From Azolla caroliniana (Eukaryota; Plantae; Polypodiophyta), in contig JBHGNT010000002.1 of NCBI GenBank assembly GCA_043228905.1, positions 8,494,001 through 8,558,000 on the forward strand: 64,000 nucleotides of DNA, in the 5' to 3' direction. Position numbers and translations under genes: made by a program. Within the stretch, counting starts at the first letter, position 1. Every line of letters starts with the position of its first letter. The notes below the pieces were generated by a model. It did no database searches. It had not been told where the DNA came from and saw nothing but the letters and a program-made list of their open reading frames with translations. Positions 24,760-35,850 of the stretch are shown piece after piece.

Positions 24760-25306
24760 ACATTGACGTACCTTGCTTGAGGGGGAGAATAGTGTGCGGG
24801 AAGAAGTTGCAGAAACCGAAAAGGCGAACACGCACATTACACTCACAATATCAAGTCGGCGTTAACAAAACTTGCACGATAGCAACCTATGTCAACAAAA
24901 TGAAAGCCCAAGCTAGTGACGATGACTGCGACCGCAAATAGAGCGAGCCATGAGGAAGAGTTGTGTTTGAGGGGGAATGTTCAGTTGTCAACCTCAACTT
25001 TATGGCGTTGCCAAGTTAGGCGAACTAGGGGAATGTAGTTTAGCTAGAATTCCATCCTCATGTGTGAGCCAACGCATTTGAATGACTTGAATATACTTGT
25101 GCCAGGACACTAACTTTACGAGAGGAATATAGAGTTATGTATATACGATGCTCATAGAGCATGTTTGTTAAGTAGACAATCTTATTGGAGAAATTTATAT
25201 TTTCTGTTTTTTGTGCATACTCTCTCTATTCAGTCCCCATCTCTGTCGCACAACACTCTATTCTCTACCGCACAAATTGTGCTTCCCGCGTAGGGCTTCC
25301 ACAACA
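24760..25306 (+). mobile_element. Copia 3'-end fragment with PPT and LTR (24978-25306)
   Basis: GAGGGGGAA PPT directly before TGTTCAG...CACAACA. A second GAGGGGGAG lies upstream. Confidence 0.55.
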
Positions 25307-25562
25307 AAAGTTATTGAGCTTCTTCACACATTTGCGCCAACCATCATAGGCACCATGGCCACCACATTTTGTTAGGATCAAAATTGGCCACAACTAGTTG
25401 CTCGTATACGTATATATATATTCGAGTGCAAAGAAATGAGTAAGGCAATGCACAGATAGAAAAACGATAAAAACAGAGACACAATACTTAATTTGGAAAA
25501 CCTGAAAGGGAAAAACCATGGGAGTCCTCTGTTACGGGCATAACCATATAATATCCCATGGT

Positions 25563-28500
25563 TGTTACCGGCCGGCAAGGAGTCCAAAATACGGAATTAA
25601 TTAGATGGTTGTAAATGAGCATAGTGTGGACGGACGGACTGGAAACGGTATGCCGTTCTGTACGCCCATAGCGCGCTATGAAGCTTTGTATCCCAGTCCG
25701 TCCGGTTTTCGTTGACGATTTTGCGGAGAATGTTCTGCAGCGTTTTGTTGGTGGACTCCGCTAACCCGTTCGCCTGTGGGTAGTACGGTGTGCTCCGTTT
25801 ATGAACCACGGCATAGAACGTTGTTAAGCTTTCCACTACCTGGCCGAGGAAATGCCCTCCTTGGTCGCTGATCAATTCAATCGGACATCCATATCGGCAC
25901 CAAATGTTCTCGTACAGGAATTTTGCTGTGGATGACGCGGTGTTGTCTCTCAGGGCCTTAGCTTCCACCCATTTCGTGCAATAATCCGTTGCCACGATGA
26001 CATAACGATTACCCGTTCTTATTGCCGGTGGCTTGAACGGTCCGACAAAATCCAATCCCCACTTCTGGAATGGCTCTAGTGGAAGTACCGGTTGGTGTGG
26101 CATCCGTGCTTGCTCCTTAGGCTGGCCCATTCGTTGGCATAGGTCACATTCCTTAGCATACTTGACGGCATCTTTTAGCGTCGTGGGCCACCATAAGCCG
26201 CTCTGCCATACCTTTCTTGCCGTCGCTTCCCCGGCATAGTGTCCTCCGGCAACCCCACAGTGTGCTTCCCGTAAGATTAGTTCTTTCTCGTCACTACGGA
26301 CTGCCCGTCTCCATATTCCATCTGCTCCTTTGTGGTAGAGAGTGTCCCGTAACAGACAGAAATTGCGGCTCTGCACCGCCAGTCGTTTCCTCTCGTCCCG
26401 GTTCATTTCCTCCGGTGGCAGGCCCGTGCTTAGGAACTGGTGCATGTTTGTCAGCCATTTATCTTCTGATGCCACCGTGTCGTCCGCTGCCGTTTCCGGG
26501 GTGATACGGAATAACTCCGCGTCCGGGAATTCATCCGCTACTCCGTCGCCTGGTTCTCCGGACTCTAACCGGCTCAGGTAGTCTGCTACGGCATGCTGGA
26601 TACCGGGCCGGTGGAAAATCTCGAATTCGAACTCCTGCAACAGCAAGGTCCAACGGGCCAACTTACCGGTTAGGGACGCCTTGGACACTAAGTACAGAAG
26701 CGCCGAGTGATCCACATGAAAGGAGAACTTCCTTCCCAATAGGTAGTGCCGAAACTTTGTGACACTGTAGATCATGCCGAGGGCCTCCCGTTCCGTCGTT
26801 GAATAGTTCTTCTCCGCTTGGGACAGCTTCCGGCTGGCGTAATATACCGGCCGGTACCATTTGGGCTCCGTAAGCTGCATTAAGGCGCTGCCAATAGCGA
26901 TGTCGGACGCGTCCACGAACACGTGAAATTCCTTACTCCAATCCGGAGGCTGCACGACGGGTGCTTGCGATAAAAGTACCTTCAGGGCATTGTATGCCTT
27001 ATCCTCCGTATCCGTCCATTGGAACGGTGTCCGATGTACCGCGGTGTGTAATGGTGTAGCCAAGTCCGCTAAGTGACGGAGCATCCGGTTGTGCCACCGG
27101 ATTTGTCCTAAGAATCGGCTTAGTGCTTTGGCCGTTTTCGGCGCCGGTGCCCCTAGTATGGCGTTTACTTTGTCCGGGTCAACCGCAATGCCCTCCTTAC
27201 TTACAATGTGTCCCAGCAATATTCCACTTGAAACCCCAAAGATGCATTTTGCTGGGTTTAAGCTTAGCCGGTATAACCTGCACTTTTCAAGGCATAACCG
27301 TAGGTGCTGCAAATGGTCTTTTCCCCGGCTATAGACTGCAAAATCATCCAGGAAAACTTGCATGAAGGCAGGAATGTATTCGCCGAAGATCTCCATGATG
27401 ATTCGCTGGAACGTTGCTGGTGCCGTTTTTAGGCCGAACATCACGACTTCGGCCACAAACACCCCCCATTCGGTGACGAACGCTGTCTTCTCTTGGTCGT
27501 CCGGGTGCATCCGGATTTGATTGTACCCGCTGAACCCGTCTAGAAAGCTATAAACTTCATGACCGGCGACGGCATCCAGTACTCCGTCTGTGAACGGAAG
27601 AGGGAATGCATCCGTAATTGTGGCGGCATTTAGTTTCCTGTAATCAACACACACACGGATTTTACCGTTCTTCTTGGGGACGACGACGATGGGGCTCAGC
27701 CACGTCGCTTTCTTTACCGGCCGGATGAAGCCCACTCTTAGGAGTTTGTCGATTTCCTCTTTTACTTTGGCGGCGTAGTTGGGGTTCATTCGGTATCGTC
27801 GTTGCGCCACTGGTTTCGCGTCCTTGCCTAAGTGGATCTGATGCTGATATAATTGAGGGTCCAGCCCTCGCATGTCTTCGTATGACCAGGCGAATACGTC
27901 GCGAAACTCCGTGAGAAGTTTGATCATCGCCGCTTTATCTTCCGGCTTCATTTCTTTGGCGATGTGTACCGGCTTTGATTCGTCTTTGCTTCCTAGGTTC
28001 ACTTCGTCGAGCTGGGATGCTTTTACCCGTTGGGAAACGGCCATTTCCCGTTCCAACGCTTCCTGTGCTTGCCGTAATTCCCGAATCGCATCTTTGTCTG
28101 GTTCGGCTTCGGTGTCGTCCCGCTGCGGCAAGTATGCGGCTACGGCTTCAGCTACGTCAATCTCGAAGAGTGGTACGATCTTCGGATGTTCCTCCAAGTA
28201 CTGGGCTTCTTCGTTGTCTGCCAATCCTTCAAGCATGTTCACACATTCCGCATACAACGGTGTGCATTCCTTACCGTTGCTCGTCCGTGGTTGTGTCGGT
28301 ACCCGGACCTTGGCCTTTCCGCGCCGGAAGGTAATCATATTTTTTCGCCAATTTTGCTTGATGTGTGCTGTTTTTAACCATGGTCTGCCCAGCAGCAGTG
28401 GGTACGCGCCTTGCGCCTGTAGCTGCAGCACTACAGCCGAGATGTGAAATGTGTGGCCTCCTATGGTGACTTCCAATTTCCGTATTAAGCCCGTCGGCCG

Positions 28501-31311
28501 TACAGAGCTCGTATCCGCCATCCGTAGCCAGAACGGACATGGCTCCCATTCATGTATACCCAAGGCATCACACGTGCGAAGGCTTATTACGTTCACTCCG
28601 GAACCTCCATCGATTACTGTGCCGGGAAGTTCGTGCCCTTTGACAATAGCTGTGATCACCGGACTACTAGTGTCCACCACCGTCGGTCCCTCCTCCGGAT
28701 TCGAGAAAAGGACTGGTGCCGGTGGAGCTATACCGTCTGTCATGACCGTTTTTAGTCCTTCTGTGAATCGCGGCACGAGCTGCAAGAGTCTTCCTAATGG
28801 TAACGTGATCTGACATTCTTGTAGTGCTTGCCATGTCTCGTTTTCTGGGTGGCTACCGCCGGCACTCCCTATGCTCTTCGCCTTTTGCCGTTCCGCGTCC
28901 GCGACGTTTCTTTCATTGGCTTCCTTCACCCATTCCGTCGCCTGTTTTCGTATGGCCTCTTGTGTTTCCCATTCTTTGGCCATGCCTTTCGACCGTGTGG
29001 TTACTTGCTGTAAATCCGCCACCACCATATTAACTGCTGGTCGTTTCTCGTAGCTCTTTACCGGGCACTGGTTACTGTAGTGGCCTTCTTGTCTGCAGTA
29101 GTAGCAGTACTCTTTACGGGTATTGCTGGATTCAGCATTGCTGGTAGCCGGAGTCGGTCCCGTAGCGAGTGGTGCGTTCTGTGCCGGTTGGCTCCTTGGG
29201 GTTCCATGTTCTGGGTCCCTAGGGTGACCACCTTTCTTGAAATTACGTTTCTTATTATTCTTATGTTTATTTCGGTAGTCCGGTCGTGGTGGATCGTAAA
29301 ATCGGCCGTAGTCCTCCTGGTGCCTTCGGTAACCAGGGGAATGGTCTCTGTCGTATTGCTCGTGTCGCCTGTTGAGCTCTCGATAACGGTCCGATCGCTC
29401 ATACCGGTCGTAGTTATCACGCTGATTCCCGTACCGTCCATCATTCTCTTGCCTGTCTCCGTACCGGACATCCTGTGCTGGTCGGTACCGGTTCATTTTT
29501 TGCCAACGATCTTCATCTTCGTCTTGGCTGCTTCTTGGCTCGATCCGTCGGACGGGTGGTGCTTGTCGGTTTAACAGGTTATACTCGCACCGGTCCGTTG
29601 TATGACTCTTGGATTGACAAATCACACACTGAGTGCGCATGGTGCACTCTACTGCCGAGTGTCCGGCATTCAAGCAGATTGTGCATTGAATTGCCTGCCG
29701 GAACCGGAGATCTTCCTCGGTGGGTAACGCCCGTTGCAGTGTTCCCAGCGTAAGCCATGAGCTTGTCTTTTCCATTTCTCTGACTCGGTCAATGACCTGA
29801 TCGATGGTGCATCCTCGAAAGTCGATCACCGTACACACCGTGCGTAACGGTTCCCGGAGTGCGTTTAAAAATATCGTCCGTAATTCCTCCTCCGGGGGTG
29901 CACGGGCAAGCTGGCTATGCATCCGTTGGAAACGGATGACGAATTGGGGAATGCTTTCCCCTGCCTCCTGCCGGATCGTATAAAACAGGCCCACCATTGT
30001 CGTCTGGTCGACCTCCTTGTGGAAAAAATGCAAGAATTTTGCTTTTAATTCTGCAAATGTTGTGATGGTCGCCGGGTCCTGCGACCGCCGCCATCGTGTC
30101 GCTGGTCCCTCCAACGTGACTCCGAATTCCGCTATCTTCGAGCGTTCTTCTTCCTCCGGTGTCATTCGCTGGGACGTGTGATTGGCTTCCCATGTCTGCT
30201 CGAAGTCATCCACATGCGCTTCCGCATCCGGATCATCGCGGTACTTTGAGTATTGGAACGGCATGTCGTCGTCCAGTATTAAGCCGCGGTTTAGTGGCGT
30301 TTGTTGATATTTTTCCGGTTCCACTTCCGGTTCTTTTGCCGGTCCTTTTTCCGGTTCTTTTTCCGGCTCTTTCGTTGGTGTTGGTGGCTTTGCTTCTTCC
30401 ACTTCCGGTGTTGGTGGGTTGACGGCTTCCGTTTGTGGTTCCGGATAGCCCTGGTTGAGCGGTTCCGGTTCTGGAGTCGGCACGGTATCCGACCCGTCGT
30501 CTTCCGGGCCGCCGGGGGTATCGTTGCTGCTCCGGTAGTTCGTGTGCACGCTGTATCCCCCTTCGGAATCCGATTCGTAGGCTGAAAAGGCTTCTGCCTC
30601 GTTTTCTCCGCTTGCCAGCGCCTCCAGGAGTCGTTCGGTTTCCCGGAGACTACTTAGACTGCTTCCGTCGTCCTGGTCGCGAGTTTGCCGTAACCGGAGA
30701 GATTCCTCCGCGACTCTCCGGATCTCGTTGGAGAACGAACGATCCGAGCGAATTTCCTGCGCTGCTTGCTGGAAAGTCTCACGCAGTCTTTGCCGTTCGG
30801 CGAGGCGTCGAGCTCGGTCTGTACCCAAGTCGTGCGTTGGTCTAGTCATCCATTACCGTCGTTCGCTGCGAGAAAGCAGGAATCGTGGTCGCCAAAACTG
30901 TGTTATTCGCTTAGCCGGACAAGGCCTAACACAAGGTGTCACGGAGACACTTCACCAAAGGGTGATTACGGCATAGGATTAAGATTCAACGATTACACCG
31001 ACTTACGTAGGTTTCACGATTAGATTGCTTTGGTTAATTACACGCGTAAGATATAACAGTAATTACAGAACGGAAATCAAGACAGAAGTATAAACAACAT
31101 AAGCTCTATTAATTATCCGCTCCTCATTACAATGGGGTCCGGGCCTTTAAATAGGTTTCCGGCCCGTAGTACAAAACGGTGCCTCTCGCACCTATTCGGG
31201 ATCCGTCCGGACCTGGAACGGCATACCGTTTCCAGTCCGTCCGTCCACACTATGCTCATTTACAACCATCTAATTAATTCCGTATTTTGGACTCCTTGCC
31301 GGCCGGTAACA
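25563..31311 (-). mobile_element. Ty3/Gypsy element Gypsy-2: one LTR (30901-31311) plus an inverted 96-bp LTR start at the opposite end
   Basis: Perfect TSD ATGGT (25558-25562 and 31312-31316). 25563-25658 is the reverse complement of 31216-31311. PBS TGGCGACCACGATTCCTGC at 30876-30894. Confidence 0.93.
25597..30849 (-). CDS. Gag-Pol polyprotein (CA, CCHC knuckles, PR, RT, RNase H, IN truncated after the catalytic core), 1750 aa with no stops
   Basis: CYYCRQEGHYSNQC, VIDGGSGVN, FLDGFSGYNQI, VFLDDF, FVDASD..NYSTTEREAL, GLDFVGP..SDQG..QANGLAE. The last 14 or so residues come from the inverted LTR. Confidence 0.95.
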   Translation of the reverse strand: MTRPTHDLGTDRARRLAERQRLRETFQQAAQEIRSDRSFSNEIRRVAEESLRLRQTRDQDDGSSLSSLRETERLLEALASGENEAEAFSAYESDSEGGYSVHTNYRSSNDTPGGPEDDGSDTVPTPEPEPLNQGYPEPQTEAVNPPTPEVEEAKPPTPTKEPEKEPEKGPAKEPEVEPEKYQQTPLNRGLILDDDMPFQYSKYRDDPDAEAHVDDFEQTWEANHTSQRMTPEEEERSKIAEFGVTLEGPATRWRRSQDPATITTFAELKAKFLHFFHKEVDQTTMVGLFYTIRQEAGESIPQFVIRFQRMHSQLARAPPEEELRTIFLNALREPLRTVCTVIDFRGCTIDQVIDRVREMEKTSSWLTLGTLQRALPTEEDLRFRQAIQCTICLNAGHSAVECTMRTQCVICQSKSHTTDRCEYNLLNRQAPPVRRIEPRSSQDEDEDRWQKMNRYRPAQDVRYGDRQENDGRYGNQRDNYDRYERSDRYRELNRRHEQYDRDHSPGYRRHQEDYGRFYDPPRPDYRNKHKNNKKRNFKKGGHPRDPEHGTPRSQPAQNAPLATGPTPATSNAESSNTRKEYCYYCRQEGHYSNQCPVKSYEKRPAVNMVVADLQQVTTRSKGMAKEWETQEAIRKQATEWVKEANERNVADAERQKAKSIGSAGGSHPENETWQALQECQITLPLGRLLQLVPRFTEGLKTVMTDGIAPPAPVLFSNPEEGPTVVDTSSPVITAIVKGHELPGTVIDGGSGVNVISLRTCDALGIHEWEPCPFWLRMADTSSVRPTGLIRKLEVTIGGHTFHISAVVLQLQAQGAYPLLLGRPWLKTAHIKQNWRKNMITFRRGKAKVRVPTQPRTSNGKECTPLYAECVNMLEGLADNEEAQYLEEHPKIVPLFEIDVAEAVAAYLPQRDDTEAEPDKDAIRELRQAQEALEREMAVSQRVKASQLDEVNLGSKDESKPVHIAKEMKPEDKAAMIKLLTEFRDVFAWSYEDMRGLDPQLYQHQIHLGKDAKPVAQRRYRMNPNYAAKVKEEIDKLLRVGFIRPVKKATWLSPIVVVPKKNGKIRVCVDYRKLNAATITDAFPLPFTDGVLDAVAGHEVYSFLDGFSGYNQIRMHPDDQEKTAFVTEWGVFVAEVVMFGLKTAPATFQRIIMEIFGEYIPAFMQVFLDDFAVYSRGKDHLQHLRLCLEKCRLYRLSLNPAKCIFGVSSGILLGHIVSKEGIAVDPDKVNAILGAPAPKTAKALSRFLGQIRWHNRMLRHLADLATPLHTAVHRTPFQWTDTEDKAYNALKVLLSQAPVVQPPDWSKEFHVFVDASDIAIGSALMQLTEPKWYRPVYYASRKLSQAEKNYSTTEREALGMIYSVTKFRHYLLGRKFSFHVDHSALLYLVSKASLTGKLARWTLLLQEFEFEIFHRPGIQHAVADYLSRLESGEPGDGVADEFPDAELFRITPETAADDTVASEDKWLTNMHQFLSTGLPPEEMNRDERKRLAVQSRNFCLLRDTLYHKGADGIWRRAVRSDEKELILREAHCGVAGGHYAGEATARKVWQSGLWWPTTLKDAVKYAKECDLCQRMGQPKEQARMPHQPVLPLEPFQKWGLDFVGPFKPPAIRTGNRYVIVATDYCTKWVEAKALRDNTASSTAKFLYENIWCRYGCPIELISDQGGHFLGQVVESLTTFYAVVHKRSTPYYPQANGLAESTNKTLQNILRKIVNENRTDWDTKLHSALWAYRTAYRFQSVRPHYAHLQPSN

Positions 31312-32149
31312 ATGGTGAGAATTTACCATAGTATTCTATACACGTGGATAAGTGTGAGGGTTAAACGAGAGTGTAAAGAAGGGGAGGATTACTTTTAATC
31401 CTCGGGATTGAGGCAACCCATTAGGCCAAGTGTGAACTTGCCTGGGGGCCTTGGGTATCGCTATAAATAAGAGGCCTAGCTACCCTCATTTCATCATCTT
31501 TTGACTACATCAAGACTCTGTTTCGTGATGGTTCAACTCTTATAGTGAGCGCGCCAGCACCAGGTACGACTCGACGCCACAACGGTGGTATGGGATGCTA
31601 ATCGAGGCTCGAGTCCATCTCGATCCCTTCGCTCGGGGGTGGTCGGGTGGATCGACACCCTTCTTTCTCTCTCTCCTTTCTTTCTATGTATCTATCATTA
31701 TTTTCTCCTTATCATACGCTTACACTAGATCATATCTCTAATATCCTTGAACTCCGAACTAGATCACTATAAGGGGAGGAGTACAATGAGAAGCTCCAAG
31801 GCAACAACCTTGAGCTCTGCTTCATCAGACAAACGGTTCTAGAGCTACTCACTCTCTCTCTCTCTCTCACACACACACAGAGTTACAGAGCCAACTACCT
31901 TCTTTAACTATACAAAAATAATCAACAACCAATGATTATACCCCACCATAAAGTTTTCCCTAGTTGTATTTATACTTATACAACTTTCTGGCAATTTACA
32001 TACATAGCTCACAAGGGGCACATTCAGACTATTTACATATAGGGTCTCCCGGTTTTGGTTTTGGTTTTCGATCTCCGCCTCAACCAAAAGACTCATTGAC
32101 TCCATCCGATTCAGTTTGTTCTCTTCCCATCTGGAGGGACCTGTTTCCT

Positions 32150-35100
32150 ACCATGGGGTACTTCACTAATCCGACCCTCTGTCGGCACTCGTTCAGCTTC
32201 TCTGTTGACAACACTTTCTTCAACATGTTCAATTCATTTTCGTTCATGTGGATCTTTAGTAGAGAAAATTCCTTTTCTTCTACTCGCTCTCAGAGCCAAT
32301 GGTATCTTCTTTGGATGTGCTTGGTCCTCGAGTGGTAGGCGGCATTCTTTGCAAGGTGGATGACACTCTAGTTATCGCAGTGGAGTCGAAATTCCTCTTG
32401 TTGAATCCCCGACTATCCGATGAACTCCATCCATATTATTTCCTTGCTCGCTTCCGTTGCAGCCATATACTCGGCTTTTGTGGTCGACAACGGCACGGCC
32501 TTCTACAGCCTCGACTGCCACGACAACTCCCCCCTGCATACATCATTACGTATCCGGATGTGGATCAACTAGTATCCACATCATAGAACATGTCTAAATC
32601 AGTATAGTCTTCCAATAGGGGTTTACCTAATCCGAATCAAAGAAACACAATCGAGGTGCCTTTCAAGTACTGAAGTATCCACTTCACAGCAGCCCAATGC
32701 CCTCTTCCAGGATTGCTCAAGAATCGGTTAACCACTCTGACTGCATATCCAATGTCGGCTTGGTACATACCATCGTGTACATCAGACTTCTGACTACTGA
32801 GGCATAAGGGACTTTTGACATCTTGGCCTTCTCGGTTTTTGATTTCGGACTTTGGCTTCTAAACAACTTATAGTTTGTCGGCACTGTCGAGCGATCGGTT
32901 TCGTGCTTTCCATGCCCAATCTCTGGAGCACCTTTGTCACAAACTTCTCGTGTGACAACCACAACAATTCTTTGCTCGATCTCGAACAATGTGCATTCCC
33001 AGAATTTGCTTTTCCGGGCCCATATCCTTCATTGCGAACGACCTACTTAAGGCCTTCTTCAAACTTCTGATTTTCTTCGGGTCCTGTCCGACAATCAGCA
33101 TGTCATCCACATACAACAAGATGATGAGAAAATCTCATGCATCATACTTCTTGACAAAGAAACAATGATCAGATTGAGTCTTGTTGAAACCATGATCCAC
33201 TATGAAAGATTCGAACTTTTGGTACCATTGCCGAGGTTCCGGCTTCAGCCCGTATAGGCTCTTTCTCAATCAGCATACGAGGTTTTCTTTACCTTTTTCT
33301 TTGAATCCTTCCAACTAGTGCATGTATATCTCTTCCTTGAAATCTCAATGAAGGAAGGCAGTCTTGACGTCTAGCTGCTCAACTTCGAGATCCATGTTGG
33401 CCACTATGCTCAGCAATGTTCGAATTGATGTCATCATCACGACCGGGGCAAACATTTGGTCGAAATTGACACCCTTCTTTTGATGAAAACCTTTCACGAC
33501 AATTCGTGCTTTGTACCTGGGTGGATTTCCGCTTTGTCCTGGCTTCCATTTGTATACCCACATGTTGTGAAATGCCTTTTTCCCCTTTGGCAACTCGGTC
33601 AATTCGTATGTGTGGTTCTCATGCAAGGAATCCATCTCCTCTTGCATGGAATTTAACCACTTTCAACTGTGGGTATCATTCTTATCTTCTTCAAAGCTTT
33701 CTAGCTTCCCCTCATCGGTTAACAATACACGTTCTTCATCCGAAAATCTCCAGGGGGGGCTTCTCTCTCTCAGGGGATATCTTTGGCACGGTCGATTCTT
33801 CTTTGGCCGAGTCAAATTCGGTTCCTCATTTGGCCAATTCCCCTTGTTCTTCAATCGGTTCTCAATTTTGCCGCGTATTAAATCAGCCCGACTAGCTCGG
33901 ATTCAATTTCGATCGAATCGACTTCTACTCAATTCAGCCGAGCATTGACTCGGCTCGATTCGGTAGGTTGGGACTTATTCTCAATCTCCCAATCGACAAT
34001 CATCTTCTCTTCCATGAAGACGATGTCTCAGTTCCTAATCACCTTCTTTGCTAAGTTCCATAGCCGATAGCCGAATTCGTCATCAATGTAGTCGAGATTT
34101 TGAGTCCAACATCCCCCTATGTTCCTTTGCAACATGCACATAGGCAAGACATCTGAACACCCTCAAGTGTCGGTATGAAACGTCTTTGCCGCTCCACACC
34201 CTTTGTGGAATATCACCATCCAAGGGTACTAAGGGTGATCGGTTTATCAGATATGTTGTCGTCATCAGCGCCTCAGCCCAAAACGCCTTTGGTAACTTTG
34301 CATGTGCAAGCATACTTCGGACCCTCTCCATTACAGTCTCGTTCATTCTCCCGGCCAACCCATTAAGCTCTAGCATCTTCAACACAGTATACTCGAGCCG
34401 GATTCCCTACGCTCGGCAATATTCTTCAAACTATCTGCAATACTCTCCACCATTGTCCGCTCGGACTGCCTTTAGTTTTCGGTCGGTTTCCCTCTCGGCC
34501 CTTGCTTGGAACTCTTTCAAGAGGGATAGCACCTAATCATTCATTTTCAGCACGGAATCCCACAACTTCCAGCTACAGTCATCTATCAAAGTCACGAAAT
34601 ACTATGAACCACCATGAGACTTAGTGTCCACGTAGCATACGTCGTTATGCACAAGTTCCGACAACATTTTCTTCCTCATCGGGAGCCTCGATCGGAACAC
34701 GACTCGATTTTGTTTGCCAGCCAGGAAATCGGGGCACTTATCCAGATGCACTTTCATTACCTCCGGTAGGAGTTCTTTTTCGGTTAGCATTTGCATTCCA
34801 GTCTAGCTCATGTGGCATAGCCTCTTATGCCAGAACTCACCGGTTGTGTCAGTTGCCATGTTTACCTCATTTCAGCATAATCGAGCATGCATTATATACA
34901 TTGTGTTAGTTTTCCGAGTTCAAGCCACGATCAAGCTCCCTTTGTAGAACTTCATATGTTGTTCCAAATGCTACCCGTGTATCCTTCGTCATCCAACCGA
35001 TCGGCTGATATCAGATTCAATCTAACTTCCAAAATGTGTCAAACATCTCTCACGACTAGTCTGCACCAGGACGATGTCATCAGACACACATCTCCTATAC

Positions 35101-35272
35101 CGACGATTCGGCATGCTCCTTCATTTCCCATCTTTATATATCTGAGATCTCCAACTCTATAAGATGAGAAACAGTTCCGGTCGGGGTTTAGGTGGAATCA
35201 TGCTACTGTCGATTCATGGCTGATAAGGTTCACTTTGTTTTGCTGACTAATGAGCAATAACTCCTCCTCACT
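32150..35272 (-). pseudogene. Copia-2 pol (PR-IN-RT-RH), decayed
   Basis: LYVDDMLI, QLDVKTAFLH, FWAEALMT fragments with many frameshifts and stops. Confidence 0.9.
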
Positions 35273-35681
35273 TGTTGCGGATGGATAAGGTGTAATGTGT
35301 ATCGTGTGTAAAGTCTAAGGTGTGTAATATGTAATATTTATACGAGTGTGTGAGGATGAGTATGGGTGGGCACATGCACAATTATGTGCATGTGACAAGA
35401 ATGTAACGGTCGTCTTTTTGTAACGGTCATTATTTACCGTTACATTATGTAAACCCCTTATGGGGCACATAAGGAAGATAATTTTTTCCCCTCTCACATT
35501 TGTGTCATTTTGTATTTGTCTTTCTCTCTAGCTCTCTCACTATCGTAACCCCCTTGGAAGGGGGGTGAAGCCATTCTAGGCTTCACCCCCCACCCCAACA
35601 ACATTTTTGGCACGCCCGAACATATGACCCTCCCTTGAGAAGAAGTCACGTCTTGCTCCCTTGCTCTCCCTCTCCAACACT

Positions 35682-35780
<99 letters not shown>

Positions 35781-35850
35781 CTACTTCTCTTCCTCACATT
35801 TGAACCCCCTTGAGATCGGCTCCACCCCCCACCCATCAACACTTGTCGAT
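35273..35850 (+). mobile_element. Truncated LTR related to the Gypsy-1 LTR
   Basis: TGTTG start. AACCCCCTTGGAAGGGGGGTGAAGCCATTCTAGGC resembles 5525-5560. No matching end found. Confidence 0.6.
35684..35774. repeat. (CT)n microsatellite, about 45 units
   Basis: Read directly from the sequence. Confidence 0.97.

Larger units (their letters stand above)
25530..31743. mobile_element. Solo LTR (about 460 bp) inserted in the Copia-2 3' LTR and split by Gypsy-2
   Basis: TGTTA...TAATA (decayed TAACA). TSD TCCTC/TCCTT. The host LTR rejoins as in the uninterrupted copy near 47221-47260. Confidence 0.8.

Noticed and set aside
26033-31023. Many plus-strand ORFs opposite the Gypsy-2 polyprotein
   Set aside because: They are antisense shadows of a GC-rich coding frame with no independent features.
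25563-31311. DIRS-like or TIR DNA transposon interpretation of the inverted ends
   Set aside because: The element encodes a DDE integrase and aspartic protease and has a PBS and 5-bp TSD. No tyrosine recombinase or transposase is present.
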